From the human T2T-CHM13v2.0 reference genome, Homo sapiens: a stretch of 64,000 nucleotides of DNA. A program made the position numbers and the translations under genes. The number at the start of each line of letters is the position of its first letter. Position 1 is the stretch's first letter. A model generated the notes under the pieces. That model did no database searches. It had not been told where the DNA came from and was given only the letters and a program-made list of their open reading frames with translations. Shown here in pieces: positions 38,690-53,285 of the stretch. Location of the stretch: NCBI RefSeq assembly GCF_009914755.1, contig NC_060930.1; one strand, 5' to 3'.

Positions 38690-39780
38690 GCATTTATGTA
38701 CCTACCATTATAGCTTAAAAATATATACTGCAAAAATCAACAGAACTACAAGGACAAATGGATATACCTATAATACTTGTAGTAAAGCCAACACAACTGT
38801 TGCTAAAAAAAAAAAATACAATAATGATACAGCAGTTTTGAATAATGCAATTTGCATATTTGACATAACAGGCATAGATGGAAAACTAGACCCACAAAGA
38901 ATGCACATTCTTTTAAACCTTGCACAAGACATTTAAAAAAATTGATCATATGATGATGATAAAGCAGTTTAACAAATTTTTAAAAATTGGAATTATACAG
39001 CATTTGTTTTCTGACTATAGTTCCATCAAAATTTACAATTCATAATAAAAAAATTTCAAAAGTAAGCTATATTAAAGATCTTTCCAATTATCAAAGAATA
39101 CCATTAAGAAAGTAAAAAAGCAGCCAGATGTGGTGGCTCATTCCTGTAATCCCAGCACTTTGGGAGGCCGAGGCAGGCAGATCACAAGGTCAAGAGATCT
39201 AGACCATTCTGGCCAACATGGTGAAACCTTGTATCTACTAAAAATACAAAAATTAGCTGGGCGTGGTGCGACGCACCTGTAGTCTCAGCTACTCAAGAGG
39301 CTGAGGCAGGAGAATAGCTTGAATCACAGTTGCAGAGGTTGCAGTGAGCCAAGATCGCACCACACTGCACTCCAGCCTGGTGACAGAGCAAGACTCCATC
39401 TCAAAGAAAAAAAAAAAAGAAAGTAAAAAAGCAAGCCACAGAGTGGGAAAAGACATTTGTACTACTTATAACCAACACAAGATACATTCCAAAATATATA
39501 AATGACTTTGATAAATCAATATAAAACAGGTACATTCATCATTAAAAAAGAGTAAGAGAACAGCTATTTCACAAAACAAGATACTCTCAAATAAATAATA
39601 AATACATTCTACTATGCTCAATCATATCATAAAAAAGAAATAAAAATTAAAACAAGAATGAGATCTCACTACATATCCAGTAGACTGGATTTATAATGTT
39701 TAATTAAGCATATATTTTTCATTTTATAAAATTTGTTGTATATGTGTGTCATTTTCCACAATTAATAAAAATATATTAAA
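38690..39780 (+). mobile_element. Old L1M ORF2 fragments, interrupted by AluSc
   Basis: gaatgcacattctttt, gcaagccacagagtgggaaaagacatttg, atgagatctcactacatatcc motifs. Confidence 0.55.
39122..39419 (+). mobile_element. AluSc-like
   Basis: gatcacaaggtcaagagatc diagnostic; TSD aagaaagtaaaaaagca. Confidence 0.92.
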
Positions 39781-42359
39781 TGACTATGTTCCGAGAATAC
39801 TCTTCAATGAGTTTTGTTGATCAAAAGAGGGGAAACTGGCCAAAATTTTAGTCACATCTTCTGAATATACTATTTTCCAGGTGCTAGTCACTGAATCCAA
39901 AGCAACAAATTGTATTTTTATATAATTTGTATTTTTATCTGAGTTAATCTTAAAACTCTATAAATATCACGACTGCACATGAAAGATAAAGAAATTACCC
40001 CCAAAATAAATTTTGTACATTTTTCCCTTGTCCTCAGAAGTGGGTTAAATGGTGATGACTTTGGAAGTTGAGCTTCTACCCAAAGCATAACCATTTTTCT
40101 CATGCCCTGCAATAGCAATTTTCTGAAGACCAGAGCCTCTAGAACCTTCTTACTATCATATAAACCCAAGCTGGTAAATAGCACTGAACCAAGTAAATTG
40201 CAGCACATATTTTTTTCTGAATTAGCTTTTAATTCCCAGTGTATATTTGACTCGCTTATTCCTAAAACATTCCTCCCCAGTAGAACTGATTCCATCTGAA
40301 AATAAATGTAGGGTAGAATGGGGCTTGCAGTCCAGTAAGATAAAAATTGGTTATAAAAATCAGTAGGCATTATCAAATTATAATGTCCAACCCCTCATAA
40401 AGTGATTTTATTCAGGCTAACAAATTTTCATTTTTAATGAGGCCTCTCAATTTATCAATTAATGAAATATTAAAATAAACATGAAAATATGTTATTCATT
40501 CACTACTTGCAAAATGTACAAAAATTCTGAAAACTTCCTCCATAAGGTCGAGCAAATTACCTCATTTCTTTAAGCCTCAGCTTCCTCAATGATAAAATAG
40601 GCACAATAATAGCATCCATTTTTTGTGAGGTTAAATGATTTAGTCCATGCTAATAGTACATGGCACAGTGTCTGTATATGATACATGTTTTTAAAAAATG
40701 TTGGCTCTTAGCAATATTAATAATAGTAGTTAAAAAAACAGTAATAGTAACCATGGAGGTATCACACTTATTTAAAATTAACCTTTAAATTTGAAAACTT
40801 AAAAAAATAAGGCAAGCTCTTCCTAGCAAGTAATATCTAATTCCTAAAGTACTAGCTAGACACTAGACATTTCAAAGCAAAAATATTAAGTGACTACTTA
40901 TTTCAATGTCCAGCCCAAGGAACTTCAGAAAACACAAAGTTTACCTTAAACTGAAACATTCCTGTAAGTTTTCTAACTAAAAAAAAAATCATTCATTCAT
41001 TTATTCACTAGCTTTCCTAAAATTATTTTGTTTGTATGCAAAATTAAATAGTTTATAATAAATTTATTATATGATTAATTATTTTAATAACTAAATAAAT
41101 CCTTAAGAAATATTATATTACTGTTATATGGATTCATGAATCAAAAGTACAGTTTAAGAAAGACTGATTTAAAAATTATTAAAATAGGAAAGATGATTAC
41201 TGCAAATGCCTTTAGTAGAGACTAACTGATGTCCCAATAGGACAGAAGAATATTTATTTGTATTAGTGTTTGGCTTAAAAAATATATTAAAACTACACAC
41301 ACACATATAGATTTAAGGATAATGTGATGTTGTGAGAGAACTAATATCCATCAGAAAATAAACAGATCTTTCTATTCTTAATATCATTTTGAAATAAGTA
41401 TTATTTAACTGTTGGCTGCCAGCCTTATTAGGGACTCTCCAAGCACAGAAATGAGTTTTAGTGTTTCCCGTACCTCTAAGGGGCAAAGGTTTTACACTTT
41501 TGCTCCTGGTTAAATGGAGCAAATGGTTAAATGGTTAAATAAGTAACAGCTTCAAAAGTCACATCCCTTTTATGTCACCTTTTTATTTTATCAAACAACC
41601 GTTAGTTTGATTAGGGAACTGTGCATCTAAATAAACTGAACTAACCATCTATTTTGCAGGTATCTATGTACACTTATATTATACACATTGCATATGTGGG
41701 TATTTGTGTCATTTTCTAATCATAGTTAAATCTGAAGGAGGACATACTTTTTTAACTTTGTATATTTTTTTAAATGAACATCACATACAAGATTCTCTCT
41801 GGCTGCTCAATGGGTCTGACTACTGGGTATTGTGGCTTTAAGCTGGAGGATATGTTTTAATCTACGCTTTTCTCAGGTTTGTCTCCTTCTTATTACTTAA
41901 TCATCCAATGAGCCTTACAGAACTGTCAGTTTGAAAGGCAATAAACTGTGTATGGATTTTTCTTCTTCTTTAGGATTGAGAAAGTCCCAATCATGGAAGC
42001 AATGAAAGAAACTTCCATATACCTAGTACTTCATTTCCTGACAATCAAAGGCACGTGCTAATGATGACCTTAGGCTTCTGGCTACAAATGTGAGACAGGG
42101 CTGACAAATACCCATCACTGACCCTGAAAAACAATATGTGACAAGTTTTAGGATAAAAGCCCGAGTGCCTAGGATAATTACTGAGCAACTAGACAGTGCA
42201 TCATGTGACCTGGTTGTGACAGGCCAAAGAAACAATGAACTGCTGTGTCCCCAGGGATACCAATGGTTGGGGCATATCTTGTTGACTAGGGATCAAGGAG
42301 GGTTCTATTAAACTTTAAATATCCATTAGGATATGTGTTTCAAAAATGTATTTTTACAA

Positions 42360-42485
42360 TACAAATAAATTTTATAAAATTATATAAATTTATTATTTTA
42401 TAATATTTAAATACTATATTTATTTTATATTATTTAAATAATACATTTATTTTATATTATTTTAATAATTAATACAAATGTATTA
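42360..42485. repeat. AT-rich low-complexity tract
   Basis: Almost exclusively A/T for ~125 bp. Confidence 0.7.
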
Positions 42486-43283
42486 TTGGTAACCCCCATC
42501 TGAAGTCCTTCTAAAAATATTAAAAGAAGATTTTTCATTTGCAGTTTTAAAAGTACAATATTAAAACAGTCTTTATTGAGTTGACTGTTTGGGTCAATAA
42601 CAAGTTAACAGCATTGATATCTAAAACAACAAGGAACATATTTGTTAAAGCATGAGAACAATGTCTCATATAAGAGGAGACATTGATGAAAGGGATGGGC
42701 TCAGACAGCTATTCATGGGCAAAGCTTTTATATGTTTAAAAAAACATTTAAATCAAATAACAAACAAATGTTTATTGAACAAGCTTTGAGTTGGGGACAT
42801 TTTTAAGTCAGTTTCCTGTTCTAACAGATTGTAAAAATGAAAATACTTTGAATCCTACAACACATCAACTTTTTTAATTTGTTTTTGTAACTCCTTTTTT
42901 CCTTTCACATAGGGGATAAATATATTGTAGTCATTTAAACATTAACACCATAATTTCTTCCTCACAGATGTAGACATTTAAGTGTAAGGAGATTGAATGT
43001 TTTCCAAGAAAAAGGCAGTGAGCTGAAAGACAAACCTAAACATGCCCATTCACTTATATATACATTGTTAGTCATAACAGCATATTATCAGAATTCTATA
43101 ATGCAGTAGGTACTAGGGTTATAAAATGTTCTGATTAAGTCTATCATATAATGGAGATAGGACACTAATTAAAACATGCTATTCATATCATTACCGAATG
43201 CAGTAATGGCAACATGAATGAGTAGCACGGATCAGAAGGAAAGGTAACTGAAATCTACTGCATGGAGACAGGAGAGGCTTCAT

Positions 43284-43325
43284 ATAGGTTGGTGCAAAAG
43301 TAATTGTGGTTTTTTGCCATTAAAT
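43284..43325 (+). mobile_element. Half of a MADE1 (Hsmar1-derived MITE)
   Basis: taggttggtgcaaaagtaattgtggttttttgccatta matches one MADE1 TIR; second arm absent. Confidence 0.8.
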
Positions 43326-44639
43326 AGTAAAGGTAGTCCTTGGGCAAAGGCTTGAAGGATGATATTTAAGATAGCTAAAACAGCCATTTGTCCTGGTCCT
43401 GTTTTTTGTCAGCTCTGAGACCTTGAAACAAATCAATTATCTCTCTGGATTTCAGTTTCCTTACCAATAAAACGAGACAGACGTTTCAAACAATCACAGA
43501 GATTTGCAACATCACAGTTATGAATCTTCTATTGGGGAATTTTCCAGAAATTGTACAATGAGTTACTAAACTAAAATCACAATTCATGTCTCTGGAATTT
43601 CCATATTTATGAAGCTAATTTCTGTCTTGTTAAAGCCATACTCAAGAGACTATCAATAAGTAGCAATTCTCAGCATAATTTGGACTCATTTAGAAAGCAA
43701 CACTGTATATCTCAAAATCTAGCCCATGAAACTCATGACGTTCACTATAAACTCACTACTATTCACTATTCTTTAGCTACAGGGGCTGCCTTTCTGCCTC
43801 ACGACTACCACACAAAGCACATTTCTCCCTCGGGACCTTTGCACTAGCTCTCCCTCAGCCTGAAATGCTATTGTTCAAGTCTTCGCAGGTCTAGCTTTTT
43901 CTTGTCTCTATAGTCTGATGTCACATTGACTTGTTAGAAAGGTCTTTACTATCTAACATATGGTTGCCAGCATCCAACCTGGACCTCTCATTAATTACTT
44001 TTCCTATTTAATTTCTTTCAGAGAATGTATTACCATCTAAACTTATCTTCCTCATTTATTTTACTATTTAATTGTCTGTTTCCCCCAATAAAATAATGCA
44101 AGCAGGAATTGTTCACTACTGAATGTCTTGTTCACTGTGGAATATTCAAATGCCAGAAAGAATGCCTGAAACTGAGTTGGCATTCAATGAAAGAGGGAGG
44201 TGGGAGGAGGTAAAGGAGGAAGGGACAAATCTACAAAGGAAACTTTGGAAAATCACCATATCAGAGGAATTATTTTCTCCTTAGTATCGATTTATTCATT
44301 TCATTTCACCATCCAAAAGAAAACCAGTTATTCATGAAAGCAATCCTATAAAGGTTTGATGCCATGACTCAATATGGACAACTATTCATTTTCAACCATG
44401 AAATTCAATATGTTCAATGACACCTCAGGCTATATACTAAAGCCAAAAAATGAAGTTGTTAAAGAATAGATAAATGGTATTGAGTTTATGAAAAGTTATT
44501 GCTCCTGAAGCAGTAAGTGTTGCATTTTTATTTGTTTTACATGAAAAGTAATAATTTGTGTCAAAACTATATTTATCAGCCATTATAAAAAACAAAAAGC
44601 TGGAATAAGATGGCCAATTTTCTTTTCTATTTTCTTTGC

Positions 44640-45900
44640 CATTTCCACTGTATCTCATATTACTGACTACTTCCTCTTGTAAATTGCCTCTTTTGTTTCA
44701 AGATATTATTTTCCTGTCATTTCATTTTCTTTCCACCTATATAACTGTTTCTTTTTCATTCTTTTCCTGAACTCAGCTTCCTCTACCACCCTTCAAAGAC
44801 TTGCGCTCCTCAAAATTTCTATCCACAAAATCTGTTTGGCCAGTTTTATTCACACTTTTAATTTCACATTTGAGCTGATGATCCTCAAATATGTACATTT
44901 AGCGCAGACCTCTCTCACTGGTTTCTTTATTCATAAATCTACTTGTTCTCTAGATATTATCACTTAGATCTTTCACTGAAATCTAACTTTGAAATTTATG
45001 AGTCTGGGTACTTAACAAACCAATGTATAAAGTTTACTGTATACTCAACATTGTTCAAGCATTTTAATAAACATTAACTAATTTACTTTTTTAAAAACTC
45101 TATGAAATACGTACTATTATTATTTCTACTTTGGAGATAAGAGTACTGAGACACAGCTAGTTCATATAACTTGCCGAGGGCCATTCAACTAATGAGGGAT
45201 GGAAAGGGCATTCATTCCTGGCATCCCCATTGGCCCAGATCTCCCAACCCGAAACCCTGGATATATCCCAAATAACTCTTCCTTGCCTCAGATCAAAATT
45301 CTCACTAGGTTCTAGTGATTTTTACCTCCTCAATGCTTCTCTAATTAATTCTTTACTCTTTAACTCCTGTACCTTACTTCACTCCCTGACGATTTCTTTC
45401 CTGAAACATCTCAGTAGGCTTCTCACTTTTCACTGTGTCCCTTTTAAGTGCATTCTCTACACTTCCAGCACTAATTTTTCTAAGAATAAATATAATCATG
45501 TCACTTCCTTGCTTAAAACTATCCAGTGACTACCCACTGCCTTCATAGGAAAATCCAAACTCCTTGGCATAGTATATCAGGTCAAGGTGCTTCATCTACT
45601 ACCACCATTTCATACAAAGCCTACAATCCAGACATACCCATCCCCTACAGTTTCCTAAAAGTATAATGCTCATCTAAAATATGTACCTGTTCACATCTCT
45701 TCCTTTATCTTTAAGCTCCCTCTAGGTTGGAAGACATGATCCTTCCAATCATGTTTTTACTCATTTGTCACACTATTTTATTGAGACACCTCTTGAAAGT
45801 TCAGGTTCATGATTTCTGTTTCTATATGCCCAGTATCCCCCATGGTACTTGGTACATGGAAGACGCTGAGTAAACCCATGTTAAATGAAAGAATGGACAC
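44640..45900 (+). mobile_element. L2 fragments with an embedded MIR (~45040-45230)
   Basis: atcatgtcacttccttgcttaaaac, aatccaaactcctt and 3' end ggtacatggaag..aaatgaaagaatg motifs. Confidence 0.55.
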
Positions 45901-46124
45901 ACATGTGAAATTCTTTAAGCTTATCTTAAGTGTTTTATCAGACTAATGAGACAAGCACTGAACGAAGAATGAAATTGAGTTTGGCATTTGTGATGCAGCT
46001 ATGGCCCTCTAAGCAAAGCTTTGATCTTGAGCTTCCTTTCTAATTCTAGCATTCTATGATTCAACTCTATTAAAAGTCCATTGATACCCTTGCCAGCACC
46101 AGTTGCCTTACAAGCAGGACCACC

Positions 46125-46426
<302 letters not shown>

Positions 46427-47859
46427 GCAGGATCACCAAAAAATATAATTCCACAATGTTGGGACTTGGATCAAATGGCATCAGATAGCAGGCATACTCT
46501 GGCAGCACTCTGTGCCAATGTCCAAATCTATTAAGTTTGTTTACTAACTAGTCTTATTATCTGTTTCATGTTGGGATTTCTTTAGGGTGTGGTAAAATTG
46601 GACAGATGGGTTGAAAGTCTTCCTTCAGGCACAATACACATAGCATTGGGCAGATGGGTTCCAATAACCAACCTTTAGGCCTGGAACACATGGATGAAAC
46701 AAAGAGAAAAAGAATACACCACTATCCAGTGATGGGTAGAAAATAGAATTGGGAATGGAGAAATTTTTAAATGAGACCTGAAATATATAAAGTAAAACTG
46801 GAAAGTGGCACAGTGTCACTTACCTTCAAAGGTACAGATTTTTCAGGCAGCAAGCTATATATTATAGTAATGAGTGACCTTAGAAATCTAAATGTAACTT
46901 ACTGAAAAAAGAGATCAATCTTAGCAATAAAAGATATCAACTGGAAATAAGTTTTGTAGTAACAAGAACAGGGCTCAACTGTATTTAATATCTCTCAATT
47001 AATTGGATGAGGATTTTACAGAATAGTAAACAAATGGGCAAATGGCAGTAATCTGTGAGGAAAAGACCAGACTTCAAGAGAATATCTGCAGTGTAGAAAG
47101 ATGAACTGAAATAATTAAATGAAGGGATAGGTAAAAAGTATTGCCCTTAGATTCCCTCAAAACCCAAGGGAAAGCAAAATCAGCCCAATACAACTGTACA
47201 ATGTAGAGATATGTATTTGTGGCAGCACAAATATAAAGAGCAGGAATTAGAGCTGACAGTGTAGTTGGCAGGACTAACGGCATGACCTGGCTGGAAAAAG
47301 AAGTCAGTTTAATATTTGACTGTATTAACAGAAGAATCGTATCTGTTCTGATAGCTGGAGGCTGACTATGCTGGAGAGCTTCTGTTGACACCTCCATTTC
47401 CAAACTCTGTGCTTCTCCACCCTACCCAGTGCCCCAGGATGTGGCTGACCTATGTGTACTGCATCAAGGAGTTCTCCTTTATCTGACTTCTCCTTTATTC
47501 TGACTTCCAGTCGGATGTGGCCAAATGGTAGCACAAGCAGAAGACAGGAGGGAAACAAAAGAATGAGGTAAGAGTGTTTATTCCTATAGTTCCTTCCATG
47601 TACTGGTTAAATCCCAGCCATACAAAGGCCATGCCTCTGGGATGGTCTGACAACCATCTCTAAACCTCCCTCTTTATCTCTGGGTTCCTATAACATTCTT
47701 TTCTCAATCCTTTATGGCAAGAGGTAGTAAGGATAACTGGCTTTATGAGCGCTAGGGTATACCTCATCCCATTTGGATCTTTGTAAATCATTTCTTTATT
47801 TAAATCCCTTCAAACTGTCTAATGCATATGACATATATTTTCTGTGGGCACCCTGGCTG

Positions 47860-48075
47860 ATAAGCATTTATTGAACACCTACTACATACCAAGCACTTCC
47901 TATGAGTTATGTTTAATATCCCTCTGAAGAAGGTTCTACTCTTATCCCACATATGTTGCAGATGAAGAAATGAAGGTGCCCAGAGGTTGACTTGCTTAAG
48001 GTCAAACAGCCAACAGGTGGCCAAGGTGGATTTGGACCCCCAACATCTGACTTAGAGCCCATTCTGTTAACTGCT
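47860..48075 (-). mobile_element. MIR SINE
   Basis: gcagatgaagaaatgaaggtgcccagaggttgacttgcttaaggtca core. Confidence 0.65.
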
Positions 48076-49439
48076 ATACTCATCTCACTCTGTTCAGAAT
48101 AGTCAGATCCCACCCGGGAATAGTTCTTTCTCCCTGGCTTTCAGAGGAATTAAACAAAACAAAGTTGTGTTTAGAGGCAATGCCAATAAGAAAGAGGGAA
48201 TCTCATAACTATGGGAAATGGGGTGTACAAATTTGTAAAATTTTTCTGAAAAGCAATTTGGCAGCATGTATTAAAAATCTTAAAATATGTTCTTATCCTT
48301 AGGCCCATTAATTTCATTTTTAAAAGCCCATCCTAAGGAAATGAAGATATGAATAATGATTTAATTATTGAATGTTCATTGCAGAGTGAGTTACAAGGAC
48401 AAAAATCTGAAATAACTTAGGTGCTTAACAATAGAAACATGGCTAAATTATTATATATACATGTATATCTATATATTCCCATATATTATATAATGTTGAA
48501 ATTATTGAAGTTGGGCCTTTGAAATATAATGAGTTGTGGAAATTCTTACATTGTTTATACAGGATCAAAAAAATCAAAGTATGTACCCTACATTTTGAAA
48601 TACATGTGTGCATGTGTATGTATGTGTAAGAAAAAAAAATGACTTTGAGATAAAACACCAAAATATTAATTGTGGTTATATTTGCACTTGGAAATATTTG
48701 CACTTGGAAACTTTGAGTGATCACTTCATTTCCACCACATAATTCTCTTTGTTTTTCTGTGTTTGCAGTTTTGTACCATAGACTAAAAAGAAATACTTAA
48801 AACAGCAATAACTATGAACCATGGTTATAAACTGTATGACCTAAAACAGAAAAGATTCAAAAAGATGTGAATGAAGGGCTATAGAATTAAAAGGAGTAAG
48901 ATACTTGTCCTGAATGGCTCAAGGGGAAGAGCCTGAACCTATAGAAATTAGAGGAAGATAGATTTTAGCTTAATAGAACAAAAAGAATTCTAATAGGATT
49001 TTAAACAATGGGAACAGGTTGCCTTGAAAGGTTTTGATTTTTTTGTCACTGGAAGTATTCAAGAAAAGGATTGACCATATTTTTTCAGAAATCTTTTTAT
49101 AGTAACTTAACCTTTGTTCAGGTAATTAGACCTAGAATTTTCTCCCAACTGAGATTCTAAAATTTTCATGCTACCTAACAAGGATATCTAAATATTTCCT
49201 TACCACCAGAGATATATTTCTTTGGAATAAGACATGATTTTTTTCTGGGCATTCTCTTTCAATCTTCTTCCTGGGGCAAAGTAAAATGCCTTACTAAAGT
49301 TCTAAATTAGTTCCTTTGGAGACAGGGTACATGTCTTTTCAGCATTTATACCTATTGCTTACAACAGTTCTAAGTATATAGTCTACCCATAACATTTCAG
49401 GTTTTTTTATTTAAGTAAGCCAAATCTGGTTAATACACT

Positions 49440-49883
49440 ACCCTAGATCCATTCCATTCTGCCTGTCCTGTGGCCTCAACAACATGATCCACTTCCCAGC
49501 AAGAGGAGCCTCATCTCCGAGCACCTACTGATTCTCTGGTCCTTCCACTAGCTACCCAGGGAGCCACAAAAATAACAAAGTCAGAGGAGTTAATGGCATG
49601 GAATGGGCCAGGTGAGATGCTTGCCTTCTCCTCACTACCTCTTCCATATTGTCCCAAGGTATGGTGGTTCTAATAAGGCTTCTCTCAAGATATCCCACAT
49701 AACCAAGCAAACCAAGCATGCTTCTTTGAGAAGCTGTGGCTACCTTGTATTTGCTTTCCCTCCCTTTCCTCCTCACTTTTCTTTTCCCTTCACTCACACA
49801 TCTTTGGGATTATTTGTCCCAGTAAAGTGCTAGCACATAGCTTTGCTTTCAAGTCTGTTTTCCCAGGAAATTATGTTAAGACA
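49440..49883 (+). mobile_element. Old ERVL-class LTR fragment (LTR16/LTR33/LTR40-like)
   Basis: 3' end tttcaagtctgttttcccaggaaattatgttaagaca; 5' boundary uncertain. Confidence 0.4.
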
Positions 49884-50285
49884 ACAATTGAAATTTTATT
49901 GTGAGTTAGTTGATCAGATGATATCAAATCCATCCTATGATATCTTCTGAAAGAGCGAGTTAAAGGCATATTCTGACACAAAGAAAACCTAAAGGAAGAA
50001 TTGATCTGTAGCCTGGAGGAGGTAAAAAATCACCCTGGAATGAGCAGCAGCAGGTGGACCAGAAACAGCCTGATAGTACACGGGCATGAAAGAATGACCA
50101 ATACAAGCCACCTCTGACCACATGTAAAGCTTGCCGAAGAGCAACTTTACTGGTGCACTCACTACTACCTTAACCCTCCCTAAACTCTGTTAAGCAACCT
50201 GCTTGATGATACCATCTGTTTCCCAGAGCCCCTTCTCACAGAATATAATTCTCAACATGCTCGCAATCCTTGTGCCTTTACTCAC

Positions 50286-50423
50286 CAACTTTCAGCTCCC
50301 CGCCTGCAATGACCATGCATGCCACACTCAGAACATTGCTTCTGTCCACAGGGAAGTCTAAGGTCCCCATCACATACAGCCCTTTGAAGAATGGAAGATC
50401 TGTATCCACAAGGACAGTTCTGT
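50286..50423 (-). CDS. PKHD1: Fibrocystin coding exon 53 (138 nt, phase 1-1), second G8 domain: [46 protein letters not shown]
   Basis: Acceptor tttcttccacag|AC, donor TTG|gtgagt; open frame joining exon 54; exon number from recalled PKHD1 structure. Confidence 0.95.
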
Positions 50424-50789
50424 CTGTGGAAGAAAAAGAAATTGCTCAGATATGTCACAAAAACAAGAATTACGTGTTTATTCTGGGTTTCTCCCAGCAG
50501 TTTGGGAGCTGTGTACAGTGTTATCTAAACCAGGACAGGTATAGCAACTGGAAGAACAAATAGTCTGCCAAAAGCTAGGACTTACTGAACAGGAAAATAA
50601 GTTCTGATTGATAAATGCTGCAATTGCTTAACATACCACGTTCATGGACAAAATGCACTGCTTATGCACCAAACAGCTGCCCCAAGTCTAGTGCAGTGGA
50701 AACACACAGATCGAATGAGCTCCCTACCCTTTGTCCTGTCTCTTCACTTTCGGCTCTAGTTTCAGGGATGTACAGAACAGTAGACATGA

Positions 50790-51085
50790 CATTGGCCTCT
50801 GAAGGAAGACTATTTGGATGTGAATACCAATTCTGCTACTTACTAGCTGTCTAGGCAAATAACTTTATCTCTCTGTGCCTCGGTTATCTCATCTGTGGAA
50901 TGGGAACAATACTAAAAACAACTGTTTCGTTCACAGGACTTTTTGTGAGGGTTAACTCATTTAATTGAGTTAATAGATTGAAAGTGGTTATACAATGTTA
51001 GTAAGCTATCTCTAATTCCCTAAGTCCCATTGTGTAAGGTAAAGTACATGGTGCATGCTTAATAAACGCTTGATGTTATTATTTT
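50790..51085 (+). mobile_element. MIR SINE
   Basis: ctctctgtgcctcggttatctcatctgtggaatgggaacaata core. Confidence 0.7.
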
Positions 51086-51553
51086 TACTATTGTCCCTTA
51101 GCTTCCCATGCTTATAGTGCTTACTGGACAATTTAAAATCATTATATTTTATTTCCCCTTTCATAAAAGCAGTCTTCATATAACTTCAGAAGAAATAATC
51201 ATAGCTGTTGCCTGAGATTTACTATAGAGTAATATATAAACACAACATTTTCATTTAAAACAATAAGTATTTCATGTATGCCAAAGCATTAAGTGTTACT
51301 TTCTGAAATTTAGCAGTAATTCAACACTATAAATGACATCAAATAAAGATTTTTGCTTAAATTTCTAGTACCATAATCACCAACACATGTAAAGATTTAT
51401 AAGGAATTCTTTTGTTAGTATAATCTCATCTCTCATTCTAGGAAACAATGCACTTGCTCTTCTTAAGGACATGCCCAAGCAAATTAACTTGTCATGAGTT
51501 GTCTTTCCTAGCCCCTCCCTGCTTCCTGCATTATAAGAATGGCCATGCCCTCC

Positions 51554-51770
51554 TGTGGCAGAGACTATAGGGTTGTAAACCAACCATTTCTCTTGTTTTC
51601 CTAAGTTCACAGTTAGACTACAGTTTCCACCTCCTTTGCAGGTTGATGAAGCCATGTGACTGAGTTGTAGCCAATAAAATGTGGGAAAAATTAAAGTATG
51701 ACATCTCTAGGCCTGGTCCATAAATTCTGTATGCCTTTTCCCTCCCCTTTTCTCTCAGTTAGATGTAGAG
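51554..51770 (+). mobile_element. MLT1-type MaLR LTR 5' fragment
   Basis: tgtggcagagac start; gccatgtgactgagttgtagccaataaaatgtggg motif. Confidence 0.6.
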
Positions 51771-53096
51771 CAGTGGTTCTCAAAGTATGGTCCTATCCCA
51801 TCAGGATGCAAAGCAAGCATTAGTTCTGCTAGCAAGCTATTCTCTCTCCTCACTGGCTACACCACTCTCCCTGGGGAAACAACCTCTCTCTTTTACACTC
51901 CAGTGACACCCTGTACATACATCTATCAGAGTACTGAGACACATTATTCAAATTATATACATACATTATTGTACGTGAGGAAGTAACTGTCACTGGGCTG
52001 GTCCTCAGTGTGATTATGACTTCCTCTCCCACTCTGACTTCCTTAAGTGAAGAGATCATTCTTTTTCTTTTTAAAACCCTAGTGTTTTTGCAATACTGAA
52101 GATAAAGACACTAAATAAATGTCGTCCAGATCTGTTGAGTTTAATCCCCTACATACCTTAAATTCAAGAGCTCATTGATGACTGGTACAAAATGAATGAT
52201 CAAGCTAAACAGACAAAAATAAATATATATCTTAATCTCATCTCTAGCACTTTCCAAAATATTCAAATAAAAGAGTGAAGTACCTAGAGAATGTTCTAGG
52301 TTTAGCACACATTTTATGGGTTCATGACTTTAAGAATTATTTGAAGCAAAATTTGTAAAAACAAGAGGGTTTTGCCTCCAATTTATTTACTTATTTATTT
52401 TATTTTCATCTTTTATTTTAAATTCAGGGATACATGAGCAGGATATGCAGGTTTGTTAACACAGGTAAACTTGTGCCACGGTGGCCTGCTGCACAGATCA
52501 TCCCATCACTAAGGTATTAAACCCAGCATCAATTAGCTATTCTTCCTGATCCTCTTCCTCCTCCCACCACCTGCCCTCTGACAGACCCCAGTGTGTGTTG
52601 TTCCCTGCCTTGTGTCCATGTGTTCTCATCACTTAGCTCCCACTTACAAGCAAGAACACGTGGTATTTTGTTTTCTGTTCCCGTGTTAGGTTGCTAAGCA
52701 TAATGGCCTCCAGCTCCATCCATATCCCTGCAAAGGACAAATGAGATAATTCTCATTCCTTTTTATGGCTGCATAGTATTCCATTGTATCTATGTACCAC
52801 ATTTTCTGTATCCAGTCTATCATTGATGGACATTTAAGTTGATTTCATGTCTTTGCTATTGTGAATAGTGCTGCAATGAACGTATGCATGCATGTGTCTT
52901 TAAAACAGAATGGTTTCTATTCCTTTGGTTGTATACCCAGTAATGGGATTGCTGGGTCGAATGGTATTTCTGCCTCTAGGTCTTTGAGGAATCGCCACAC
53001 TGTCTTCCACAATGATTGAACTAATTTACACGCCTACCAATAGTGTAAAAGCATTCCTTTTGCTCCACAACCTTACCAGCATCTGTTGCTTTTTGA

Positions 53097-53285
<189 letters not shown>

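Noticed and set aside
39918-40376. 152-aa minus-strand ORF in intron 53 (and similar 100-130 aa ORFs at 14380, 19376, 31238)
   Set aside because: No recognisable homology, composition typical of AT-rich noncoding DNA, and not needed for the exon 53-54 frame
43284-43325. Possible miR-548-type hairpin from MADE1
   Set aside because: Only one TIR is present, so the hairpin cannot form
48678-48710. Short tandem duplications (16 bp here; also ~28745-28803 and ~53948-53974)
   Set aside because: Ordinary slippage duplications, mostly inside old repeats
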